This document shows, in pieces, positions 1-20,966 of a stretch of 64,000 bases of DNA. Position 1 is the stretch's first letter. Every line of letters begins with the position of its first letter. The position numbers were made by a program, and so were the translations under genes. The stretch is taken from assembly GCF_009914755.1 (NCBI RefSeq), contig NC_060927.1; one strand, given 5' to 3'. Below the pieces are notes generated by a model. The model worked only from the letters and a program-made list of their open reading frames with translations, did no database searches and was not told where the DNA came from. This DNA comes from the human T2T-CHM13v2.0 reference genome, Homo sapiens.

Positions 1-2932
<2,932 letters not shown>

Positions 2933-3803
2933 TCCCACAAACAAGTATCTGCTGTCTTCAAGAGATTCAGCTCACACATATGGGCTCACATAAACTTAAG
3001 GTAAAGTGGTAGAAAAAGATATTCCATGCAAATGGAAACCAAAAGTAAGCAGGAGTAGCTGTTCTTATTTATATCAGACAAAACAGACTTTAAAGCAACA
3101 ACAGTTAAAAAAAATAAAGAGGAGCATTATATAATAATAAAAAGATTAGTCCAACAGGAAAATATCACAATTCTAAATATACATGCACCTAACACTGGAT
3201 CTCCCAAATTTATAAAACAATTACTACAAGACCTAAGAAATGAGACAGATGGCAATACAGTAAGAGTGGGGGACTTCAATACTCGACTAACAGCACTAAA
3301 CAAGTTATCAAGACAGAAAGTCAACAAAGAAACAATGGAATTAAACTATACACTAGAACAAATGGACTTAACAGATATTTACAGAACATTCTACCCAACA
3401 ACTGCACAATATACATTCTATTTATCAGCACATGGAACATTCTCCAAGATAGACCATATGATAGGTCACAAAACAAGTCTCAATAAATTTAAGAAAATTG
3501 AAATTATATCAAGTATTCTCTCAGACCACAGTGGAATAAGATTGAAAATTAACTCCAAAAGGAACCCTGAAAACTATACAGATACATGGAAATTAAATAA
3601 CTTGGTTCCAAATGATCTTTGGATCAACAATGAAATCAATATGAAAATTTAAAAATTCTTTGAACTGAACAATAATAGTGACACAACCTGTCAACACCTC
3701 TGGGATACAGTAAAAGCAGTGATAAGAGGAAAGTACATAGCATTAAATGCCTACATCAAAAACTCTGAAAGAGCACAAATAGACAATCTAAGCTCACACC
3801 TCA

Positions 3804-4239
<436 letters not shown>

Positions 4240-6958
4240 TTTAAAAATTGCCAACAAAAAAAGTCCAGGACCAGATGGATTCACAGCTGAATTCTGTCAG
4301 ACATTCAGAGAATTGGTACCAATACTAATGAAACTATTCCAAAAGACAGAGAAAGAGGGAATCCTCCCTAAATCATTCTATGAATCCAGTATTACCCTAA
4401 TACCAAAACCAGGAAAGGACACAGAAAAAAAAAAAGAAACCTACAGACCAATATCCCTAATGAACATAGATGCAAAAATCCTCGACAAAATACTAACTAA
4501 TCGAATCCAACAGCTTATCAAAAAGATAATCCACCATTATCAAGTGGGTTTCATGCCAGGGATGCAGGGTTGGTTTAACATACTCAAGTCAATAAATATG
4601 ATACACCACAAAAACAGAATTTAAAACAAAGGTCATATGATCATCTCAACAGACTCTGAAAAAGCGTTTCACAAAATCCAGCATCCCTTTGTGATTAAAA
4701 CCCTCTGCAAAATCAGCATACAAGGGACATACCTAACTGTAATAAAAGCCATCTGTGACAAACCCACAGCCAACATTATACTGAATGGGGAAAAGTTGAA
4801 AGCTTTCCCCCTGAGAACTGGAACAAGACAAGGATGCCCACTTTCACCACTTCTATTCAACGTAGTACTGGAAGTCCTAGCCAGAGCAATCAAACAAGAG
4901 AAAGAAGTAAAGGGCATCCAAATCAGTAAAGAGGATTCAAACTGCTACTGTTTGCTGATTTGCTGCTGTTTTCTAGGTATAGATCATATACTTAGAAAAC
5001 CCTAAAGACTCTTCCAAAAAGCTCCTAGATAGGATAAATGAATTCAGTAAAGTTGCAGAATATAAAATCAATGTACACAAATCAGTAGCACTGCTACACA
5101 CCAACAGCGACCAAGCTGAGAATCAAATCAAGAACTCAACCCCTTTTACAACAGCTGCAAAAAAATAAAATAAAATACTCAGAAATGTACCTAACCAAGG
5201 AAATGAAAGATCTCTACAAGGTAAACTACAAAACACTGCTGAAAGAAATTATAGGTGACACAAACAAATGGAAACATATCCCATGCTCATGGATAGGTAG
5301 AATCAATATTGTGAAAATGACCATACTGCCAAAAGCAATCTATAAAGTCAATGCAATGCCCATCAAAATACCAACATCATTCTTCACAGAGCTAGAAAAA
5401 ATAATCCTAAAATTTGTATGGAACCAAAAAAGGCCCTGCATAGCCAAAGCAAGACTAAGCAAAAAGAACAAATCTGGAGGCATCACATTATCCAAGTTCA
5501 AACTATACTACAAGGCTATCGTTACCAAAACAGCATGGTACTGTTATAAGTACAAGCATATAGACCAATGGAACAGAAAAGAGAACCCAGAAATAAAGCC
5601 AAATACTTACAGCCTACTGATCTTCATCAAAGCCAACAAAAAGATAAAGTGGGGAAAGGACCCCCTATTCAACAAATGGTGCTGGGATAAATGGCAAGCC
5701 ACATGTAGAAGAATGAAACTGGATCCTCATCTCTCACTTTATACAAAAATCAACTCAAGATGGATCAAAGACTTGAATCCAAGACCTGAAATCATAAAAA
5801 TTCTAAAATATAACATCATAAATACCTTCTAAACATTGGTTTAGGCATAGAGTTCATGACCAAGAACCCAAAAGCAAATGCAAAAAGTCAAAGATAAATA
5901 GATGGAACTTAATTAAACTAAAAAGCTTCTGCACAGCAAAAGAAATAATCAGCAGAGTAAACAGGCAACCCACAGAGGGGGAGAAAAATCTTCACAAACT
6001 ATGCATCTTCACAAACTATGTATCCAACAAAGAACTAATATCTAGAATCTACAAGGAATTCAAACAAATCAGCAAGAAAAAAACAATAATCCCATCAAAA
6101 AGTGCACTAAGGACATGAATAGGCAATTATCAAAAGAAGATAAACAAATGGTCACCAAACATGTGAAAAATGCTCAACATCACTAATTATTAAGAAATGC
6201 AAGTCAAAACCACAATGTGATACCACCTTACTCCTGCAAGAACGGCCATAATTGAAAACTAAAAAATAATAAATGTTGGCATGGATCTGGTGAAAAGGGA
6301 ACACATTTATACCGCTGGTGGGAATGTAAACTAGTACAACCACTATGGAAAACAGTGTAGAGGCTCCTTAAAGAACTAAAAGTAGAATTACCATTTGATG
6401 CAGCAATCCTACTACTGGTTATCTGCACAGAGGAAAAGAAGTAATTATATGAAAAAGACACTTGCACACACATGTTTATAGCAGCACAATTTGCAATTAC
6501 AAAATTATGGAACCAGCCTAAATGCCCATCAACCAACGAGTGGATAAAGAAAATGTGGTGTGAGAGTAGTGGTTCTCCCAGCACACAGCTTGAGATCTGA
6601 GAACGGGCAGACTGCCTCCTCAAGTGGGTCCCTGACACCTGAGTAGCCTAACTGGGAGGCACCCCCAAGTACGGGCGGACTGACACCTCACACGGCCAGG
6701 TACTCCTCTGAGACAAAACTTTCAGAGGAACAATCAGGCAGCAGCATTGGCGGTTCACCAATATCCGTTGTTCTGCAGCCACTGCTGCTGATACCCAGGC
6801 AAACAGGGTCTGGAGTGGACCTCCAGCAAAATCCAACAGACCTGCAGCTGAGGGTCGTGACTGTTAGAAGGAAAACTAACAAACAGAAAGGACATCCACA
6901 CCAAACACCCATCTGTACATCACCATCATCAAAGACCAAAGGTAGATAAACCACAAAG

Positions 6959-7097
6959 ATGGGGAAAAAACAGAACAGAAAAACCAGAAACTCTAAAAAT
7001 CAGAGCACCTCTCCTCCTCCAAAGGAATGCAGCTTCTCACCAGCAATGGAACAAAGCTGGATGGAGAATGACTTTGACAAGTTGAGAGAAGAAGGCT

Positions 7098-7099
<2 letters not shown>
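6959..7099 (+). pseudogene. L1 ORF1 N-terminal 46 codons, ending at the deletion junction
   Basis: MGKKQNRKTRNSKNQSTSPPPKECSFSPAMEQSWMENDFDKLREEG*; the TAA is created by the junction. Confidence 0.9.
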
Positions 7100-10658
<3,559 letters not shown>

Positions 10659-10896
10659 ACAATGAGAACACATGGACACAGGAAGGGGAACATCACACAT
10701 CGGGGACTGTTGTGGGGTGGGGGGAGAGGGGAGGGATAGCATTAGGAGATATACCTAATGCTAGATGACGAGTTAGTGGGTGCAGCGCACCAACATGGCA
10801 CATGTATACATATGTAACAAACCTGCACGTTGTGCACATGTACCCTAAAACTTAAAGTATAATAATAATAAAATTTAAAAAAAGAAAGAAAATGTA

Positions 10897-10950
10897 GTGT
10901 GTGTGTATATACACAGATCACACACACACACACACACACACACACCACAC
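10897..10950. repeat. (TG)n/(CA)n microsatellite inside L1PB
   Basis: gtgtgtgtgtatatacacagatcacacacaca... Confidence 0.9.
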
Positions 10951-11559
10951 CATGGAAACTACTCAGTCATAAAAAGGAATGAAATAATGGCATTCACAGT
11001 AACCTGGATGGAGTTGGAGACCATTATTCTATGTGAAGTAACTGAGGAATGTAAAACCAAACATTGTATGTTCTCATTTATATGTGGGAGCTAAGACATG
11101 AGGACACAAAGGCGTAAGAATGATAAATGGACTCTGGGGACTCAGGGGAAGGGTGGAGGGTGGTGATTACAAAAAAGTACACATTGGGTTCAGTGTACAC
11201 TGCTCGGATGATGGATGCACCAAAATGTCAGAATTCACCAATAATGAACTTATCCATATAACAAAATACCACGTGTTCCCCAAAAACTACTGAAATAATT
11301 TTTGAAAAGGATACATTTATTATTTTTCAGTACAACTAGAAGGGAAAGGGTATTGGTGGATGTGAGGCATCCAAAACTGCAGACACTGGTGATTTTTTTT
11401 TTTAACTGCCAAGCTTTTTTTTCCTGCTAAGCATCAAGACCTTCTTCGAATGTTCAGACAATTTTCCAGAGTTTGATTTTCAGTGGAAAGTAGAGTCCAC
11501 CTTCCCCTGCAGAGGCCAGAAATACCCTCTAGCAACCAGGAAGCAATTACATAACATAA

Positions 11560-11945
11560 GTTTCAGCCAACTGGAGAGCCTCATATTTGGAATTGTAAGT
11601 CTTGAGCAAGTGTAACAAAAATTTAGGGATAAGGAAAGAAGAAGGAAAAGGAAATGATAAGACATAAAAGAAGGAAGAGATGAAAAAGAGTTCATTCCAC
11701 TGTCCACTAACCAGAGACAGTTGTAGCTGTGGTGCCAGCAGTGGTGGTGGTGCCAGGAGCTGTCCAGTGAGTCCCCACCAGAGTGTTCCTTTGGTGTCAT
11801 TTGGCTATTCAGCCTCCTTTGGTTGCTGCTTATTTTCTAATCCTTTAGACTTCCCGTCTTTTCTATGAGCTACCTAACAGCCTGGACCTTTTCTCCTTTA
11901 ATGAACCATCATCAGTTTCTGTTGCTTGCAACCAAGAACATTGTC
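11560..11945 (+). mobile_element. Old MLT1-type (ERVL-MaLR) LTR fragment
   Basis: 3' motif 'gtttctgttgcttgcaaccaagaac'; 5' boundary uncertain. Confidence 0.45.
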
Positions 11946-12244
11946 TTTAGGATTAAAGTGTTGTGAAATTCTTGTCTTTCCAGAAAGTTAGAGATATTTA
12001 TTAACTTATACTTCAAAAGAGGTGAGGAGGGTCCTACCTAATGAGAGCCATCAGAGATCTTTTTAAACCAGCAACATCCAAGAAAAGAGTCAAAACATAA
12101 GAAAAAACAACCCTGAGAAGAACCATAAGATTTTGAAAAAATTGCCTCCAATCTGATAGCACATATGATCAGTGTGTAGATCAGAACCAGTGATGGGTGT
12201 ACATTTCACACTTAAATTTAATCCATATTTATGGCATACTTATA

Positions 12245-12475
12245 TGGACCAGGCACTGTAACTATACTATACACTTTAACACAATCATCTTATTTAAATC
12301 CTCACAACAATGCTGTGATACAAGTAATTTTACTTCATTTTTCCAGATAAAGAAAACTGAGATTCAAAGAAGCTTTAAACTGCATAGTCAAGATGATACA
12401 GCTCATCAATAGTAAAGCTTAGAAAGTAAAACTCAAGTTTTCTGTCTCTATGGCCAGTGTTCTTTCCACTATATG
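12245..12475 (-). mobile_element. MIR SINE
   Basis: Reverse core 'aatcctcacaacaa...ttccagataaagaaaactgag'. Confidence 0.75.
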
Positions 12476-13009
12476 CAGATACCTCCATTTGAATTAGCAC
12501 CCTGATCAACAATTGGAAACTGATAACCTTTCTGCTACTTTTTAATACTAAAATATCTTTTGTTCAGATTTTAGCCTGTCTTTTGTATCTGTTAATGAAC
12601 ACTCTTCCTTAAGAGATACAGACATATAAAATTAAATAGATAACCCACTCTTTAAAAATTAATCAGAAGTTTTATATTTTGTAAACATGAAAGACTAAGT
12701 AAATAATGCCTGGATTTGAAATGTTTTTAATAATAAAATCAGGAATAACCCATAAAAATTGGAACTCAAAAACAGTGAGCTATGCTGTTTCTATGGTAAC
12801 ACAATAAGGAAAAAATTAGATGGCCTAAAAGATACTTTTAATTCAAATAAATTGGTTCACAGTTTTAATATCATTTTTAGAAAAATCAATATATATCTAA
12901 TCATTATTATTACCAAAATCCACATATTAATACCATGTATTCTTAAAGAAAGAGTGCCGCAGTATTAGAATCTTCTTATGCGCCATTTCATATCTTCTCA
13001 GTTCTATCT

Positions 13010-13454
13010 CTTATTCTAGTTTCTGCTGCAGCTTAGATCAGCTTCTCACAGGTATAACTTAACAGTGTCTTGCTTTGCCTTGGACTATATCAAGTACCTC
13101 TCTCTTTCTGCTCCAGAGATTCTCTGACACCAGCAGGAATCCGGTGCCATAGACATGTGCAACCTGGAAGCATAGGGGCCACTCTTGACCAATGTAGGAT
13201 GGGACTCAATGGATAACCTTTCACCCTTGCATCCTCCAAGTGGCAGTTTGTAGCCACATTTCATCAGGCTCCCCAGAAGTTCCTGGCATGATCAATGACA
13301 ACCAACCAACAACAAATGCATCTTTGGCTTTTCTTGTTGCCTTTTTCACTTCCCCATCAATTACTCTTTCTCCCTGAAATTACTTCTTAAATAAACTAAC
13401 TATATATCAGCCTTTCACTCAGGATATACTTTCACGGGAACCCAAACTAAGACA
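13010..13454 (+). mobile_element. LTR16-family (ERVL) solo LTR
   Basis: AATAAA followed by the characteristic end 'gggaacccaaactaagaca'. Confidence 0.7.
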
Positions 13455-13719
13455 ACTAACTTCAAATAGATTTTATGTATCTATATACGTGGTTCCTACT
13501 AAGATTTAACTATAGTTTTTTTTTTTTCAGTAGCCAGCTCTTTTTAAATATACATCAAAATTATGATAATAGTATACTTCTTGTCCTAGAGATTTGGGCA
13601 TGTCTATAGTGTATATTTCTTGATGTCTAGAACCAAATAAGGTAAATGCGAAATAGAGCTTTTGCATTTGACCTTCTAAATGATAAAAGGTTTGCTTAAT
13701 TTCAACTGTGCTATATTAT

Positions 13720-13905
13720 TAATAACATTGGGAAAGTCACTTAACCTCTGTATATCTCAACTACCACCTTATAAAAATGGAATATAATTCCTACTTCACA
13801 GGTTATTAGAATTGAATCAGGTAATATGTATGAAAATGCCCATTACAGTGCCTACCTGATAATCAGCCTGGCAAGTCTGATTAGCTGCTGTTATTATTAC
13901 CATTA
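13720..13905 (+). mobile_element. MIR SINE
   Basis: 'gggaaagtcacttaacctctg...taaaaatgg...cctacttcacaggttatt'. Confidence 0.7.
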
Positions 13906-14784
13906 TTAGTAGAATTGGTTTTATTTGAAAGTTTGCCATCATGGGGAGGAAAGATCCATTGACTTGGTATTTCCACCCAAATATTTCACTGCATTGTATT
14001 TTGCAGCCATAAGAAAATATTTGAATTTAATTTAATGTGGACAATCAAGATATCTCCCCAGAATAAACTGGAAATACCTCTGTATAGATCTTTGAAATGA
14101 GAGACTGCAAAACATTAACACTTCCACAAATGCCTTTGCCTCACAACCAACCCCACTCTGTCCTTCCATTGAATTTGCACCGCTCTTGTGCAGTCTTTCA
14201 TCAATTCAACAACTATGTAAAAATCCTGCTATGATGTGTTGAGTGAAAACTAAACAATCAGATCATGCAAAATACATAGTCATATTATTGCGAGGTTCTA
14301 AAATGATTGGGGTAATAAATTGCCTAGCAAGATTGCCAAGAATTCCAGAAATCCTGTTGCTGAATCTGCATCTATTTATGTCCTAACTATGGTTTAGCAA
14401 GGTGGCACTTCAAACTAAAGCTTAGCTATTGATGGAAATGTTTCTGGGTCCTATATTGATTGATACTTCCAGGGTTCCATCAGTGATACCAGGAACAGTG
14501 AACTGGCACTTGTTTCATCAGCTTGATGCAAGAATGATATACAGGAACATATGCAGGCCATGATATACAGGAACCCACCCTCTGCTTCTCAAGGCAGGAT
14601 TAGGAAGGATTTAACCCTCTAACTTCATTCACCCCACCACATCCTCCACTTTAGCCTCCACTCCCTTTAACTCCCCTCCCCTCACTATGAGAAAAGGACT
14701 AAACATAGGACAGGAATTGTCAACGGAATTATATATTCATTCTCATTATTAATGGGATACATTGTAATAGGGTTTTACAGTGTT

Positions 14785-15110
14785 TTTTGAGAATATACAA
14801 TCTCCCAGGCTCTGTCCAGGGTACTGGTGATAATACATTAAGTAGCAAAAATCAATAGGTCTTTGCTCTTATGAAACCTTCAGTCTAGTGGAAAAGGCAG
14901 AAATTTACCACCACATAATTCTACTAACAAATGTGAAAAGTGGTATGAAGGAGAGGGTCTGAGTTCTGAATGGGCCTGTAACAGAACAATTTGACACAAT
15001 CAAAGAAAGCTGGAAAGAATTCCCCGAAGACATAATTCCTCTACAAAGACTGAGGGTTGGCTAGGCAAAGGGAAAGTGGATAATTTTTGGAACAGGTGAA
15101 AAAATTGAGA
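14785..15110 (-). mobile_element. L2 LINE 3' fragment
   Basis: Resembles reverse L2 3' end ('ccaggctctgtccagggtactgg...ttcagtctagtgg'). Confidence 0.55.
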
Positions 15111-17221
15111 TATTTTGAAGCAAAACTGTGCATTTTAATTCCCCTTTGTAAATCATGTTTTCTTGTAAATTTTCCCTTTTGAGGACAAGCCATGAGGGGT
15201 TTTTTTGTTATGTTTTGTTTTGTTTTTGTGCACAGACATGAACAGTGCAGGTACCTAGAAAAAAAAATGTCATTCTTCTGCTTTGAGTACAATGGTTACA
15301 TTTTTTAGTCCCATGCAAAAATACTTTCTCTTAGCCAGGCTTCAAGATAGGGGACGTCTTACTTTTGTTGTGTTCTTGTTATTATAGTGTATAGTTTTGT
15401 TTTTAATTTCAGTAGTTCCTTTTTAAATATCTAGAGACAAGTCAGATGTATTCACACAAAGGTGTTATATTGTAAGTCTTCCTGAATACAAATCAGAGGA
15501 TACTACATAGATGATGTTCCAACCCTAGCAAGAAGGAAAGGAAAACTTTTCAAAGAGGAACCAAGAGAGAGAAGGAAAGAGGCCAGGAAGTCAAATGTGA
15601 GTGTCTTCACTTGCTCTGTAATATGTAGTAGTGCAAGGAGGCACTGCTGCATTTTAGCAAATGAGCTGTGGAAGAGTGATGATTGGGAAAATGTCTTGAT
15701 GAGTAGGCCAAAAGATGGTCTCATGGAGTTGCACATGTTCCATTATAGTGGTCCAGAAAGTGCAGAGTAGCGTTAGGTCCTTGGTTGAAAGGAGGAAGGG
15801 GACTCTGAGATGCCAAGAAAACTGGTGTGCAAGAGGAACCCTGAGTTGGAATAAAATGACCACAGATCAGAGACTACAACAAAGTCAGAAAGAAGTTCTC
15901 CTACATTTTACTCTAAAAGCTTTTTTGTTTTACTTTTTCACATTTATATCTGCAGTCCATATGGATTTAATTTTTATAAATGGTATGAGGTAGGAATAGC
16001 CAAAATATTGACTGTAACTAAGCATCATTTGTTTAAAAAGGCTTTTTAAAACAACTGCAGCATAGCCTTTGTCATAAATTAGATGGCTGAGTATGTGTAG
16101 GGGGTTTTCCCTCTATTCTGTTCTCACTGGTCAATTACTCCATCCTAATCCCAAAACCACGCTGTCCTACACACTGTAGGTTTTTAAGTCTTGATGTCTG
16201 GTAGTGTAAGTCCTCCAGCTTTGTTCTTCTGAGATTGCCTTGGCTGCTCTTTTTTTTTTTTTTTTTTTTTTTCCATGTGAACTTAGGAATCATCACCTCA
16301 ATTTACACAATAAAATCTCTGGGATTTTGACTGGGGTTGTACTGAAACTATAGATTAATTTGGGAAAAAATATCTTTATAATATTAGGGCTCCCAATCCA
16401 AGAACATGGCATATCAATCAGTGCATTTAGGATTCTTTCATTTCTCGCAATAATATTCTGTAGTTTCTTGTTCCTTTTTAATTAAATTTATTGCTCGTAT
16501 GTGACATTCTTTGATGTAATTATAAATAGTATTGTTTTTCAAATTTAATTTTCTATTTGATTATTGCTGGCATACAAAAAAGTTAACTCTTATACATCTA
16601 ACTTATTTCCAAAAATCTTACTACATTCACTTATTGATTCTAATAGTTTGACTATAGATTCTTTTGAATGGTCTACATGTACAATCATGTCATGTAAAAA
16701 TAGGTTTATTTCTTCCCTTTCAATCTTTATTCACTTATTTTTCTTGCCTTATTGTACTTCCTGAGACCTCCAGAATATATTTAATGTAAGTGTTGGTAGC
16801 TGGCCTCTTTGACTCATACCCAATTTCAGAGAGAAAGTTTTGAATATTTTATCTTTTCAAGTGATGTATCACATAGGATTTTAATAGATATATTTATCAA
16901 ATTAAAAGCATTCCATTTTATTGTTAAGTTTGCCAAGATTTTAAAAAATCATTAATGTGCACTAAATTTTCTCAAATACCTTCTCTGTATCTGCTGCAAT
17001 GATAATGTCACCTCTCACTTTTTCTTGATAATATATAGATTGTCTTCACTGATTTTTTTGAATGCCAAATCATCAGTGTATCTGTGAAATCTCCTGGTCA
17101 TCATCATGGGATATGTTTTTTACATATAATTGGATTTTTTTAATGTATCTACTTTCATGACACAGTGGTCTGTAATTTTTTTTCCTTGTAATTTCCTTGT
17201 CAGTTTTTAGAATCAAAATTA

Positions 17222-17641
<420 letters not shown>

Positions 17642-17899
17642 TTACCTGTGTATTCATTGAATGTGTAATTTTCATCAGGGGAGGGCTGTTTTTTAATGGA
17701 CAACCTTTTAAATAAACATAAAACTTCAGGTATTTTATTTCTTCTTTCAGCTTTGGTTAGTAGTATTTTTTTAAAATGCATCCATTTCATCATAATTTTC
17801 AAAACTTTGATGTCTATAAAATCCATAGTAATGTCCCCCTTTTCATAACTAATGCAAGTAACTGTATTTCTTTTTTTATCATGGTGAAACAGGCAGACA

Positions 17900-18048
17900 A
17901 CAGTTAGGGCCCACCTGGATTAACTGATCCAGGATGATCTTATCTCAAAATTCTTAATTAAATCTGTAAAGATCCTTTTTCCAAACAAGGTAACATTTGT
18001 TAGGACATGGACATATCTTTTTGGGTGTCACCATCCAGCCCATTATAC
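17900..18048 (-). mobile_element. MLT1B-like LTR fragment
   Basis: 'ttagggcccacc...atccaggatgatct...ggacatatctttttggg...cccattata'. Confidence 0.65.
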
Positions 18049-18251
18049 CTTGGTTTGCAACAGTTTCATGATAATATGCCTACGTATAGTCTTTTTTGGA
18101 TTTACCATATTTATAGTTTGCTGTGATTTATTTTCAAAGTTTTGGGATATTCTCAGCTGTAATCTCTTCAAATATTCCTTCTTTCCCAACTCTATCTTCT
18201 CTCTGGATCTCTAATTAAACATATTTTAGATTCTAAGTATGATTCATATAA

Positions 18252-18450
18252 AGTAGTGTGCTGGAGCAGCTCATACCAGCTTGTCAGAGCCAATTGTTAA
18301 ATATTCAGGAATTCTGTGAGATTGTTGTTAAATCATTGGTAGCTTGAAATCATCCATGGTTGACAGTATTTACACCATGACAGTCAGCAAACACTGCAAA
18401 TTGATACTTTATTTTTCCCAGAGAACTGGATTGTCATCGTACCACTATAC
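18252..18450 (+). mobile_element. MER63-like hAT DNA transposon relic
   Basis: Start 'agtagtgtgctggagcagctcataccagcttgtcagagccaattgttaaa' resembles the MER63 terminus. Confidence 0.6.
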
Positions 18451-19849
18451 CTGTTTGCTATACTCCAGTTTGTTCTTTCGATCCTTTTGTCTTGCCATGC
18501 TTCAACTTGGGTATTTTCTCTTGAATTGTCTTCCAGTTCACTTAATCTGTGTTCTGCTGTATCCATAAAACCTATCTATTGAGTTCTTGATTTCAGATAT
18601 TATACTTTTTAGTTTTATACATCTATTTCATTTCTTAGAGATTCCAATTCTCTGGCAACATTTTCCACCATTTTATCTATGAGTCCACATTTTCCATTAT
18701 TTTCCAAATATATTAATCACAGTTATTTAAATTTATTGTCTGCAAATTCCAATATCTGGACCACATGTGGCCCGAGCATAACTGTCTGCTTTTTTCTTCA
18801 TTATACATCCTATTTGTCTTGCCTCAATGTAAATCTAGTAGCTTTTTATTGTATGCTAAGCTCCATGTATTTAAAAAATGATACAAAGCTCCAAGTAATG
18901 TTATCTTTCACCAAAGAGTTTCTTCTGTCCTGTACTAGCGTATAGGATGAGTGGTTGGCTGATTACCTCAATCCAATTACGGAGCTGGGTTGGAGCTGAG
19001 TTTCAGTGTTAATAAAAGTCAAGTCTACCTCTGGCTCACCTCTTTTCCTCAGGCTCTCATGAGCTTTCTTCTGGAGATCCTGGTGAGCTTCCCATTCTTC
19101 AGTTCTAGCAAACTGTAGATCCAGCTCTGCCCTTCCAAGGTCCTCAGCCCACCTTCAGCCTCTTGCCTCCTACATTTTAAAATCTAGCAAATATTTTCAG
19201 GAGGAAATCAACTGTATCTTTAAGGAAGGTCCCCTCCCTTGGTGGGTCTTTGTTTCCTAAGTTATCATGAGACTGCAGGGAATTTCACTCTGCCTTTTAG
19301 AAGCTTTCAGCTTAGCTCTTCAGCTCCCTCGTAATACCAAAACTTGACTAACGTACTGTGGGGAAAAAACTTTAGATTTTTTTTTAGACATGCATCTAAA
19401 GTGCTTCAAGTTTCCTCTTTTCCATTCTAACCCTGAATGACTACTAAAAACTTTATTTCATGTATTTTGGTCTCCGTGAAGTCCCTCTACTTAGATCAAG
19501 CAGGATCCTCAATCCATGCCTAGAACAGGCAAAAGCCCCAGAGGGAGGCATTTGTTCATTCACCTACCCTCTCTAGATTCTTCCCCCTCTAGGATTTTAG
19601 TATTATAAACTTGCTCTTACAGGTATCTGATACCTTTAAAAACGTATTTGTAATTTATCTGGCCATTGCAATGGAAACATTGGCCTGCTGCAATCTACAT
19701 ACATCTTACCTGTTAGTAGATGTCAATATCCCTAGTAGATTCTAATGAGTAGCCAATCTTAAGCAATACTGACTGCATCTAAGAAACTATTACAAGGTTG
19801 AGGTCTAAGTTGAAGTACTTAGGTTCTCTCAGCTTTCCCTCACTGCTAC

Positions 19850-20158
19850 AAGATAAATGGGTCTTCACCTATCATGCCTATCATGTTCCATGCTGGAGAA
19901 AGGAGACCGTCCATAGAGCAGAAAAGGCATACCAGCAGTGGATCACTAACTTTTGAAGTATTTGCAGATGTCCTAACCACAAACTTCCATTTGTTTACAT
20001 CATTGACCCAAACCATATTATTTGTCCACTTCTACCTATAAGGGAGGCTTGGAAATGTAATATTTTAAGCTTGAGTACATTATTGCCCCCATGAAAACTT
20101 CATAGCAAAGAAAAAGAGAAAATGGATATTAGGTGGGCAGCTAGCAATCTCTGCCACA
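19850..20158 (-). mobile_element. MLT1J/K-like LTR fragment
   Basis: Ends 'ggatattaggtgggcagctagcaatctctgccaca'. Confidence 0.55.
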
Positions 20159-20630
20159 GTTCCATTCTTAGCACTTCTTTTAGCTTCTTTCTTATCTGAC
20201 TAATAAATTCCTCTCTATAATTGCACAAGAGAAAAATTATTTTCTGCTCCAAGTACTTATCAAAAACCCAAAGAACATTATGCCATTTAATATTTGCATG
20301 CTAGCAGCATGACTTCCATATCTGTAGTGGTCCTTTATCAATGAGAAGGAAATAATTTTACTGGCAACACATTTCTCTGTCATTCAGCTCTTCTCTCTAA
20401 TAAGAAAGTTTTTAGTAAATAATTTATTTACTGATCTCTGCCAAACTGCTTTTGAGGACTCTAGCTTTCAAAGAAACTTTAGAAATAAGTTTTAAGCAGA
20501 ACAGTATTTTAAAATAGCTTCATACTGACTCACATGATAAAAGGACAATGGTTTATTTATTCTAAAAAAGAGATCATAACTTACAGTCTTTCTTAAGTAA
20601 AGCATGCAATTAGAGCATATAAAGGTATGA

Positions 20631-20966
<336 letters not shown>

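Noticed and set aside
6563-6600. Inner L1 as a spliced integrated retrotransposed element (SpIRE)
   Set aside because: It begins ~8 nt downstream of the known ctgacag acceptor and lacks the first ~97 nt of the 5'UTR; the internal deletion is not GT-AG. Ordinary 5' truncation is sufficient
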